A stretch of 24,266 nt of DNA from a virus (lineage: Duplodnaviria > Caudoviricetes), in the IMG/VR virus record IMGVR_UViG_3300044448_000138, positions 1-24,266 of that record; one strand, given 5' to 3'. A program made the translations under genes and the position numbers. Positions 1-7,182 of the stretch are shown one piece after another. The notes under the pieces were generated by a model that saw nothing but the letters and a program-made list of their open reading frames with translations, had not been told where the DNA came from and made no database searches. Numbering within the stretch: the first letter of the stretch is position 1; each line of letters begins with the position of its first letter.

Positions 1-918
1 GGATGCCCGAGCAAGAGAGACATCAGCCTGCGTAACTGGGCGTTCAATCCCGACAAAGGCAAGTCGATGCCTTCGTTGCCTGAGTGGCTTGACTCAGAAG
101 AGAAGCAGGAGTTTTTCTTCAAATCTCTTACCGTTCGGGAAGAAGAAGCGATTGACAAGCTGATGCCTAAGCTCGACAGAGTCATCAAGGACTTCTTGTT
201 GGCGCAACGCAAGAAGCTCAGAGAGATCGCAGCCGAAGCACCGAACAGCAAGTCACAGGCAGTCACTAAGTACGTACCGACCAAGTCTGAGATTCGCAGG
301 CTCTTAGATATAAATGAGGAGTATTGGGCAGACCAGCTATCTACAGCCATGCTGCCGACTCTTAAGAACATGATGGTCGTAGGAGCAGCCGGAGCGGCAG
401 CAGAGATCGGAGCCGCGCCCTTTATCTCAAGCGTCACAGATCCAGAAGTCTTGAGCTTCTACTCCAAGTTCCCTGCGTGGCTTAAAGAACGAAGCGTCAA
501 CACACTGCACAAGGACATCACTAACGTGATCCTGCGCGAACTCAGCAGAACGCAAGGAGTCGGAAGCGTAGCTTCAATACAAGAAGCAGTCAGGCTTGCA
601 CTGGTAGACCTTGAAGATCAGGTCAAGGTCATGATCGACAAGATACCTACTAGGTCTCAGATGATTGCTAGGACTGAAGTGCAGAAAGCTCAAAACGGTG
701 CGCGTGTTGCTGAGTGGAAGAAGCAAGGCGTGCAAAGACATCAATGGGTGACAAGCAATGACGCCGCAGTGCGCGTGTCGCATCAGTTCATTCAAGGAGA
801 GATCGTTAGGGTCGGGGAACGATTCTCGATCGGAGTCGCTTATCCGGGCGCACCCGATGGTGACGCAAAGGAGGTCGTGAACTGCCGCTGTAGAACAATC
901 CCTATCGCAAATCAATAA
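1..918 (+). CDS. Phage minor head morphogenesis protein (Mu gpF / SPP1 gp7 family), 5'-truncated by the window edge
   Basis: The C-terminus has the gpF motifs: RSQMIARTE, HQWVTSNDAAVRVSH, GERFSIGVAYPG, EVVNCRC. The frame is open from base 1 (GCPSKRDISLRNWAFNPDKGKS before the Met at 67), so the true start is probably upstream. It lies directly before the prohead protease. Confidence 0.88.
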   Translation, partial: GCPSKRDISLRNWAFNPDKGKSMPSLPEWLDSEEKQEFFFKSLTVREEEAIDKLMPKLDRVIKDFLLAQRKKLREIAAEAPNSKSQAVTKYVPTKSEIRRLLDINEEYWADQLSTAMLPTLKNMMVVGAAGAAAEIGAAPFISSVTDPEVLSFYSKFPAWLKERSVNTLHKDITNVILRELSRTQGVGSVASIQEAVRLALVDLEDQVKVMIDKIPTRSQMIARTEVQKAQNGARVAEWKKQGVQRHQWVTSNDAAVRVSHQFIQGEIVRVGERFSIGVAYPGAPDGDAKEVVNCRCRTIPIANQ

Positions 919-2177
919 TGGAAAACTCAAGAAACATCGCAGCCAAGAATGTTGTGCTCGGCAAGGCAACCGCAGAAGACCTAGAGCTTCTCGGTCCTAT
1001 TGCAGTTGCAGAACTCAAGGCGAACTCGTCTACAACTCAAGTCAGAGCGTCATCGAGCAAGCGCGTGTCACTCAATGAGAAGACGCGCTCGATCACTTAC
1101 ATCGTCTCTGACGAAACACCCGACAGGATGGGAGACATCATCTCTGTTAGGGGATGGCAGACAGACCTGTATAAACGCAACCCTGTTATCTTGTGGGGGC
1201 ACGACCAGAGCATTCCTCCGATCGGACGCGCTAACAACGTGCGGCGTCGATACGCAGGCAACCCTCGACTGACGGCTGACATCGAGTTCGCACCTGCCGA
1301 AGCTCACGAGTTTGCAGACACGATCTATCAACTTGCAGCGCGTGACTTTATCCGCGCCACGTCTGTCGGATTCCTACCGAAAGAGGTTAAGGAGTTGGCA
1401 GACCCAGAACGCAAAAAGCTCGGCCTCGGAAAATACGGCCAATTTTACTCAGCCGCTGAGTTGATGGAGGTGAGCGTGGTTGGAGTTCCCGCCAACCCTA
1501 GTGCGCTAGAAGCTGGCATCAAGTCCATGCTCACCGTTGGTGGGCTTACCGAAAGAAGCGCACCGCGCTTCATCGAAACATACGCACCTGAATCAGAAGT
1601 GTCGTTGAAATCCATCAGCGATCTATGCCGCACATACATTGACATGGGCGCACTTACACAAAACACTAAGGACTCCAAAGTGGACGAAACGCAAACAGAA
1701 GAAGTGGTCACAGAAGCTGAAGAGAAGTCACCTGCGTGCAGGCAAGAGGGCGAGACTACTCCTGAGTGCGTAGAGAGAAAAATCCCTGAACTCATCGAGG
1801 AGGGAATGGAGCAAGACCAAGCTGTCGCTGTCGCAAACTCAGTATGCGAGACAGCGTGCAACGAAAAACAAGCAGAAGAGGTAAGCATGGTGAAAGCCAT
1901 GTCTGAGCTTCTTCAGCAGCAGGCCGAGCAGACGAAGGCAACCCGCCTACTCGTTGATGCTGTGGCCGACCTGACCGCAAAGGTCTATGAAGATCTTGAC
2001 AATGGCAAAGAACGCGGAGCTTGCGCTCACGATGCGGTCTCGCCCGATGTTGTCAAAGACGCTTCAGATGATCTGGCGAATCAGGCTAAGAGTGCGATCC
2101 GGGGTTTCGCGGATAGCTTCACCTTGAGGCGGGATTCACTTGATAACGACACCCAAAACGGAACGACCAATGTCTGA
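918..2177 (+). CDS. HK97-family prohead maturation protease with a long C-terminal extension
   Basis: Motifs SDETPDRMGDII, NPVILWGHD (catalytic His), PPIG, ATSVGF (catalytic Ser) and ELMEVSVVGVPANPSAL. It overlaps the upstream gene by TAATG and lies directly before the capsid gene. Confidence 0.93.
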   Translation: MENSRNIAAKNVVLGKATAEDLELLGPIAVAELKANSSTTQVRASSSKRVSLNEKTRSITYIVSDETPDRMGDIISVRGWQTDLYKRNPVILWGHDQSIPPIGRANNVRRRYAGNPRLTADIEFAPAEAHEFADTIYQLAARDFIRATSVGFLPKEVKELADPERKKLGLGKYGQFYSAAELMEVSVVGVPANPSALEAGIKSMLTVGGLTERSAPRFIETYAPESEVSLKSISDLCRTYIDMGALTQNTKDSKVDETQTEEVVTEAEEKSPACRQEGETTPECVERKIPELIEEGMEQDQAVAVANSVCETACNEKQAEEVSMVKAMSELLQQQAEQTKATRLLVDAVADLTAKVYEDLDNGKERGACAHDAVSPDVVKDASDDLANQAKSAIRGFADSFTLRRDSLDNDTQNGTTNV

Positions 2178-3402
2178 CCATAATTTAGAAGACGCCTTCG
2201 AGGCGCAACTCAAGGGGCTCGGAGAGCATCTTGAGACTACGGTGGAGAAGTTCGCTAACGCAGAAAGCGATAAGCGTGCTGAACTCCAAGAGCAAATCAA
2301 AGGGCTAGAGGCGTCTATCGCTGAAGTCAAAGAGAACCTTGTTGTCGAGAAGCGTGGACACCTCCCCGGTGTTGAAGCGGCTACTCCCGACAGCGGCAAA
2401 GAAGGCTTCTCGATGGCTCGCGCTTGTCGCGCTCTTGCTCGCAAGGACTTCCGTGACGCTCCCTACGAGCAAGAGGTCTTCGCTGAGATGAAAGAGAAGG
2501 CCATGAGTGTCGGCGTTGATCCGAGCGGTGGCTACATCGTCCCGGAAGAAGCCATCACGACGGTCATCGAAGCTCTCAAGGCCAACGTCGTTGCGTACGA
2601 CTTGGGTGCGAGGGACATGGCTGCAAGCAGCACCCCGCTCACCATCCCCAAGCTGACAACTTCAGCAACGGGCTACTGGGTCAGCGAGAACTCAACGATC
2701 ACCGCGAGCGACCTTGGCTTCGAGCAGATCAACATGACTCCGAAGACTGTCGCAGGTCGGGTGATCTTGTCGAACCTTCTCCTTGAAACCTCCACTCCGA
2801 CCGCTGACTCCATCATCGAGCAGGACCTTGCTTCGCAGCTTGGCCTCGCGCTTGACGCTGGTGTCCTCAACGGTTCATCAGGTGGTGGTGCAGGTGAGCC
2901 CGTTGGCATCATGCAGACCTCTGGCATCTCCAGCGTAACCTGCACAGCAATGGATGAGGACGATCCTCCGACCGTTGCCAACTTGATGGAGTTCATCAGC
3001 GACCTAGACGCAGCAAACGCTCTTCGTGGTCGCCTTGCTTGGTGTGTTCACCCCACCATCATGAACCAGATCCGTCAGATCAAGAGCGCAAACGAGTCTG
3101 CTGGCACTCCTAGCCTAGACGTCAGTCGCTTCGTGGTCTCCGACTCACTCGCTGATCGGATCCTCGGCTATGAGTTCCGCACCTCGACACAGATGGCTGC
3201 GCCGACCTCAACAACTTCGGCCAAGTCCCTGCTCTTCGGGAACTGGGACGACGTCATGATCGCTCGCTGGGGTGGTCTCAGACTTCTCGCATCCGACACT
3301 TCGGACGATGCTTTCTCAAAGGACCAGACGCACATTCGCGCCACCATGCGTTGCGACGTCGCCCTTCGTCACCCCGAGTCGTTCTCCGTCTCTGCTGACT
3401 AA
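2170..3402 (+). CDS. HK97-fold major capsid protein with an N-terminal delta (scaffold) domain
   Basis: N-terminal coiled coil (RAELQEQIKGLEASIAEVKE), then AMSVGVDPSGGYIVPEE, WVSEN, ILSNLLLE, LNGSSGGGAGEPVGI, ILGYEF, LLFGNW and RCDVALRHPESF. I prefer the ATG at 2170, which overlaps the protease stop (ATGTCTGA), to the TTG at 2140. Confidence 0.95.
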   Translation: MSDHNLEDAFEAQLKGLGEHLETTVEKFANAESDKRAELQEQIKGLEASIAEVKENLVVEKRGHLPGVEAATPDSGKEGFSMARACRALARKDFRDAPYEQEVFAEMKEKAMSVGVDPSGGYIVPEEAITTVIEALKANVVAYDLGARDMAASSTPLTIPKLTTSATGYWVSENSTITASDLGFEQINMTPKTVAGRVILSNLLLETSTPTADSIIEQDLASQLGLALDAGVLNGSSGGGAGEPVGIMQTSGISSVTCTAMDEDDPPTVANLMEFISDLDAANALRGRLAWCVHPTIMNQIRQIKSANESAGTPSLDVSRFVVSDSLADRILGYEFRTSTQMAAPTSTTSAKSLLFGNWDDVMIARWGGLRLLASDTSDDAFSKDQTHIRATMRCDVALRHPESFSVSAD

Positions 3403-3419
3403 TCAAGGAGCTTAATTAA

Positions 3420-3851
3420 ATGACACTTATGGACCTCGGCAACAATGTTGCCATCAGCAGCCAAATCCTTCCGGGAACATATACGGCTGACCAAGCGGGA
3501 GTTGCTGTTGACACGGCTCCCTACGCTGAAGCTATCGTCATCGCGAACATCGGAACAATGACTCATGCAAGCAATGTTCTGTCGCTCACGGTGATGGAGT
3601 GCGACACATCAGGCGGGACATACACCGCTGCCAAGAAGTTGGGGACGACCGATGACGCAGTCATCATCGCTGCGACTACGGCGAATGATGAGGCTACCTA
3701 TGTCGCAAGGGTTGACCTCAACAACACCAAGCGATTCATCAAGGTGCCGTCAGTTGAGACAGGTGACTCCGGTGACGGCGACTACGCCGTGACCATTGTC
3801 TTCCTTCCCTACAACACGGCGAACGCCGACGCTCCGACCATCTCGGTCTAA
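3420..3851 (+). CDS. Putative capsid decoration / head-spike base protein (paralog A)
   Basis: 143-aa beta-rich protein directly after the capsid gene, with AAGGAG SD at 3406-3411. Pattern VDT..Y..A.V, ECDTSGGTYTA, VDLNNTKRFIK. Function is inferred from position and likely fold. Confidence 0.65.
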   Translation: MTLMDLGNNVAISSQILPGTYTADQAGVAVDTAPYAEAIVIANIGTMTHASNVLSLTVMECDTSGGTYTAAKKLGTTDDAVIIAATTANDEATYVARVDLNNTKRFIKVPSVETGDSGDGDYAVTIVFLPYNTANADAPTISV

Positions 3852-3863
3852 GGAGCTTTTGAC

Positions 3864-4313
3864 ATGACCCTCCTAGATGTAGGCAACTGCGTAGTGGTTT
3901 CACCTCTTCACGATCCGGCGGTGTACAACGTCGCCGGACGTGATGGGTACACGGTGGACACGGCGAAATACGCTTATGCGTTCGTCGTGATTCACCTCGG
4001 CAATCTGCACGGCTCTGAGACTGTGCATTTCGAACTACAGCACGCGCTTACATCAGGGGGGTCATTCACAGCTTGCAACAAGTTGGGGACAACGGATGAC
4101 GCCCAGACCGCTGAGTACGGGAACGCAAACGATGACCAATGCAAGATCATCTCTGTAGACCTGAACAACACCAAGCGGTTCTTGAAGCTGCGAGCGAATC
4201 ACTCGTCCTCGATCTCTCACGAATACTCGGCATGCCTAGTCCTCATGCCGTATCTCACCAACACAGTCTCAGATGATGCCAAAGCGGCGTCTGCTCCTGA
4301 GTTCAACGTCTAG
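3864..4313 (+). CDS. Putative capsid decoration / head-spike base protein (paralog B)
   Basis: Collinear paralog of 3420..3851 (MTLLDVGN, VDTAKYAYA, TSGGSFTA, KLGTTDDA, VDLNNTKRFLK). AAGGAG SD overlaps the previous stop codon. Confidence 0.65.
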   Translation: MTLLDVGNCVVVSPLHDPAVYNVAGRDGYTVDTAKYAYAFVVIHLGNLHGSETVHFELQHALTSGGSFTACNKLGTTDDAQTAEYGNANDDQCKIISVDLNNTKRFLKLRANHSSSISHEYSACLVLMPYLTNTVSDDAKAASAPEFNV

Positions 4314-4322
4314 AATCAACTC

Positions 4323-4574
4323 ATGAAATACAGAGTCAAAAAACGGTCGCAGCTTCTCTACCCTGACGGAACGCTCAGAGGAGAGGCTGGCTACATTGTC
4401 GATACCGATCTCGCTCACGATCGTGACGTGTTGAGTTCTCAAGGGTCAGTCCTTGAGAGGACAGGAAGGTCAGCAAAGACCTCCCCGGTCTTGATGAGCA
4501 GAATGGAGGTCTCTGAACCTAAGAAGGCGAAGAAGAAGACCACCAAAAAGAAGGCCACCAAAAAGAAAGACTGA
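4323..4574 (+). CDS. Small head-region protein with a Lys-rich C-terminal tail
   Basis: 83 aa. The N-terminus looks beta-rich (MKYRVKK..YPDGTLRGEAGYIVD) and the tail is EPKKAKKKTTKKKATKKKD. It lies between the capsid and adaptor genes, where small genes of this kind are common. Confidence 0.75.
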   Translation: MKYRVKKRSQLLYPDGTLRGEAGYIVDTDLAHDRDVLSSQGSVLERTGRSAKTSPVLMSRMEVSEPKKAKKKTTKKKATKKKD

Positions 4575-4633
4575 TGGCCAAGAAGAAAAAGCCTAAGAAG
4601 CCGAGGCCCAAAGTTCCGGGCACTCCTTACTAG
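4574..4633 (+). CDS. Putative 19-aa Lys/Pro-rich micro-protein MAKKKKPKKPRPKVPGTPY (not in the ORF track)
   Basis: The ATG overlaps the upstream stop (TGATG), the same coupling used elsewhere in the operon. Stop is TAG at 4631-4633. Composition matches the flanking basic proteins. Confidence 0.5.
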   Translation: MAKKKKPKKPRPKVPGTPY

Positions 4634-4642
4634 AGCATAACC

Positions 4643-4683
4643 GGGGGGTGGGGTTCTCTCCCAAATCTCCTGCCCCACTCCCC
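4643..4683 (+). promoter_or_regulatory. GC-rich RNA stem-loop (12-bp stem, 17-nt pyrimidine-rich loop); possible attenuator, processing or stability element
   Basis: GGGGGGTGGGGT (4643-4654) pairs with GCCCCACTCCCC (4672-4683), including two G-U pairs. It sits in the largest intergenic gap of the operon. There is no U-tract, so it is not a canonical intrinsic terminator. Confidence 0.65.
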
Positions 4684-4702
4684 ACCTACATCAAACACAC
4701 TC

Positions 4703-4954
4703 ATGAGATACCTCTGCATTAAAGACGTCTTTGACAGCAACGGCGAACTTCTTGGCAAGCAAGGCGACACGGTCGAGCTTGACAAAGACTCTCTCGACAA
4801 AAGAGAGCGCAAGCGTGCTGCTGCAATCTTGATGAGCAACGGAGACAGCGCACTCAGAGAGGTTGGCGAAGAGCCTAAGAAGAAAGCAAAGAAGAAGAAA
4901 AAGGCTGCTTACAAAACTCGTCAGATAGAAGCTGACAACAACGCAAGCGACTGA
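4703..4954 (+). CDS. Second small head-region protein with a Lys-rich tail
   Basis: 83 aa, MRYLCIKDVFDSNGELLGKQGDTVELD... EEPKKKAKKKKKAAYKTRQIEAD. Same layout as 4323..4574. Confidence 0.75.
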   Translation: MRYLCIKDVFDSNGELLGKQGDTVELDKDSLDKRERKRAAAILMSNGDSALREVGEEPKKKAKKKKKAAYKTRQIEADNNASD

Positions 4955-4956
4955 CA

Positions 4957-5580
4957 TTGAACGCAACGACAACAGCTAAGGTCAAAGAGTTGCTAGACAT
5001 CGCGTCTAGCGACACCACTCACGACACCGTGATTGGAAGACTTGTGTCTGCTGTTTCTCAACGCATTGAGACGTTCATCGACCGACCCCTTGAGACAGCC
5101 GCCAGAACAGAAGAGTACGATCTGCGAGCAAGGCAAAGAGTCATCTTCTTGCGTGCTTACCCTCTAACTGCTCAGACTGACATCGCGTCTATTAAGATTG
5201 CCACGAACTGGGACTTTGCAGGTGTCAGCGCTGTGAACTCTAACGACTACCACGTTGATCTAAACACAGGGGCGATTCACTTCAACTTCTACCCCATTCA
5301 ACGCTACCTCAATGACAACATGGGCACGGCGCACAATGCTGTGCAGATTGTCTACACGGGTGGCTTCGCTGGAACTGTTGACGGCATCATTGCAAATTAT
5401 CCTGCGATTGCAGAGGCGTGCGCTACGCAAGTCGTGGCGATGTGGCGCAGGCGCGACCAGCCTCACATCAAAACTACGGACATCGGAGACTACGCCTCGA
5501 CTGTAGAAGGGCCGCTCTCTTTCTTGCCTGACGTTCGCGAAGCGCTGATTCCTTACAGGCGCATGAGGTTTGGGCAATGA
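4957..5580 (+). CDS. Head-tail adaptor/connector (HK97 gp6 / SPP1 gp15-like, long form with an inserted beta domain)
   Basis: TTAKVKELLDI...HDTVIGRLVSAVSQRIETFIDRPL, VQIVYTGGF, PAIAEAC, LPDVREALIPYRR. TTG start 2 nt after the previous stop. Confidence 0.88.
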   Translation: MNATTTAKVKELLDIASSDTTHDTVIGRLVSAVSQRIETFIDRPLETAARTEEYDLRARQRVIFLRAYPLTAQTDIASIKIATNWDFAGVSAVNSNDYHVDLNTGAIHFNFYPIQRYLNDNMGTAHNAVQIVYTGGFAGTVDGIIANYPAIAEACATQVVAMWRRRDQPHIKTTDIGDYASTVEGPLSFLPDVREALIPYRRMRFGQ

Positions 5581-6230
5581 CATTGGAGTTCAAATCTAAC
5601 GCAGACAAAGTCGTGCGTAATCTCAACTCCAAGTCTCGCAAGGTAGCTGCTACTGCTCGCGACTTACTCGATGAGATGGGGCGAGAGTGGGAGCGAGAAA
5701 TGGTTGTAGGTAGATTTACTGGCTACAGCAACGGCAAGACCACTGGCAATAAACTTCGCAACAGATCTGGAAACCTGAGAAGCTCGATCAACTCTAAGCC
5801 TGTTGGCGGCACTAACCTGTCGAAGATGGGCGTCTTGTTAATGGCTGGATCTGGGGCGGCAGGATATGCACGCCTGCAAGAGACTGGGAAGCCAAAGCCC
5901 ATAAGACCTAAGCGTCGAAAGTACCTACGCATTCCGCTAAAAGCTGCGATGACAGGAGCAGGCGTAGTAAGACCAGAGAACAAGCCTATCAAGTCTGGTA
6001 ACGGCTGGAAGACAGTCGGAGGCAAGGACACCTTTGTTCGCGAAACGAACGGCAAAGCTATCGTCTACAGAAAGGACGGCAGAGACAAGATCACTCCTTT
6101 GTTCCTGCTTAAGGGTTCTGTCGTTGTTAAGCCAAGGCTGGGCATGGAGAAGACTCTCAAAAAAGTCATGCGTAAAAACGCGCCCAGCATAGCTAGTGCG
6201 ATCGCTGCAACTTTAGGTAGGCGAGCCTGA
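5577..6230 (+). CDS. Neck / tail-completion protein (HK97 gp10 / Mu gpG-like)
   Basis: Basic protein with RSGNLRSSI, YARLQETG, IRPKRRKYLRIP, PLFLLKGSV and KPRLGM. ATGA overlap with the adaptor gene. Confidence 0.8.
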   Translation: MTLEFKSNADKVVRNLNSKSRKVAATARDLLDEMGREWEREMVVGRFTGYSNGKTTGNKLRNRSGNLRSSINSKPVGGTNLSKMGVLLMAGSGAAGYARLQETGKPKPIRPKRRKYLRIPLKAAMTGAGVVRPENKPIKSGNGWKTVGGKDTFVRETNGKAIVYRKDGRDKITPLFLLKGSVVVKPRLGMEKTLKKVMRKNAPSIASAIAATLGRRA

Positions 6231-6634
6231 TGGTTTACACAGCGGTTGACACATACGACCTGAACTCTCCCGAGACAGTCGAGGTGACTACTTTGAGGCG
6301 AGGAGTCAGAACTCCCTTGGACGGAGGAACGATTAAGCGCCGACAGACATTTTCTAGTGAGTCTGACCAAGGTCTTGCAGGCGTCCGTAGGTTTACCCTG
6401 CGATACTCGCTTGCAACAAAAGCAGACTACAACAAGGCGATGGCTTTGTGGAAAAACAGCACAGGGGGGACGCAAGGCATTGCGTTCACAAACACCTTCT
6501 CGCCTTACTCGGGATCTTCGGAGACGTTGATCGTTCGCATGGTTGACGGTCCCTTAAACTTGCGAAAGATCAGTCACGTCAGGTACTCGTTCACGATCGT
6601 GCTTGAAGAAATGCTGCACGGGCCGGGGGTATAG
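6230..6634 (+). CDS. Distal-tail (lambda gpM / DUF2460-like) family protein located in the neck cluster
   Basis: Pattern GGTIKRR...RRFTLRYS...YNKAMALW...GG..GIAFT...IVRMVDGPL...YSFTIVLEE matches the gpM/Dit layout. It also aligns by eye with the C-terminus of 12363..15038. Confidence 0.65.
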   Translation: MVYTAVDTYDLNSPETVEVTTLRRGVRTPLDGGTIKRRQTFSSESDQGLAGVRRFTLRYSLATKADYNKAMALWKNSTGGTQGIAFTNTFSPYSGSSETLIVRMVDGPLNLRKISHVRYSFTIVLEEMLHGPGV

Positions 6635-6636
6635 AG

Positions 6637-7173
6637 ATGACCGCTTCTGGCTTGCCTGTTAAAGAGAAGATCCTCAACAATCTTCAAAGTCTAAAGGATG
6701 ACGGCGATGTGCAGCCGATCGCCTCGGCGACAGGTCTGGGCTTGATCTCTACCTCTGGCACTGGTCATGCCTCAGATGGCGACTACTATACTGACCCAAA
6801 GATCATCACAAGAATTGACGCAAGCCCACTCAAGATAACTCAGTTTCCGGCGATCGTCATAGAACCTCTGAGCACAGACTACGATGGATTTGGAAGCCAA
6901 GGCACGCTGACGATAGCAGCCACTTTCAGGATTCGTTTAAGGCTAATGCTGCACACAAGGACCAACGCAGTCGCGTTGATTGAGCGATTCATAAGAGACG
7001 CTCATCGGGCGATCCTTGTAGATCGGCAGCGAGCCAGCAACGCCATCGTTACGCAAGCCGTGTCAGACTCTGTTCAATACCCGACTGATGATGACGAAGC
7101 AATCACGACAGCAACTCTTTTAATAGCGGTCGATTATCGAACCGCTTGGAACGACCTCAACTCTCCGACATAA
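6637..7173 (+). CDS. Tail terminator (lambda gpU-like)
   Basis: KEKILNNL, QFPAIVIEP, alternating beta strand FRIRLRLML, LIERFIRDAHRAI, LLIAVDYRT. It lies directly before the tail tube gene. Confidence 0.75.
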   Translation: MTASGLPVKEKILNNLQSLKDDGDVQPIASATGLGLISTSGTGHASDGDYYTDPKIITRIDASPLKITQFPAIVIEPLSTDYDGFGSQGTLTIAATFRIRLRLMLHTRTNAVALIERFIRDAHRAILVDRQRASNAIVTQAVSDSVQYPTDDDEAITTATLLIAVDYRTAWNDLNSPT

Positions 7174-7182
7174 AAATTTCTC

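Noticed and set aside
2128-2177. Overlap of the protease and capsid frames as a possible frameshift fusion, or a TTG 2140 start
   Set aside because: I found no slippery sequence. The ATG at 2170 overlapping the protease stop is the simpler, coupled start.
3849-4325. Genes 3420, 3864 and 4323 are in one frame separated by single stops (also 7173/7183 and 12356/12363), suggesting read-through or stop-codon reassignment
   Set aside because: All three stop types are involved, 3864 has its own SD, the long genes are uninterrupted in the standard code, and 4 in-frame cases among about 9 spaced junctions is compatible with chance.
4643-4690. The hairpin as a Rho-independent terminator or G-quadruplex
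   Set aside because: There is no U-tract on either strand. Only two G-runs are present on the + strand and they are fully accounted for by pairing with the C-runs.
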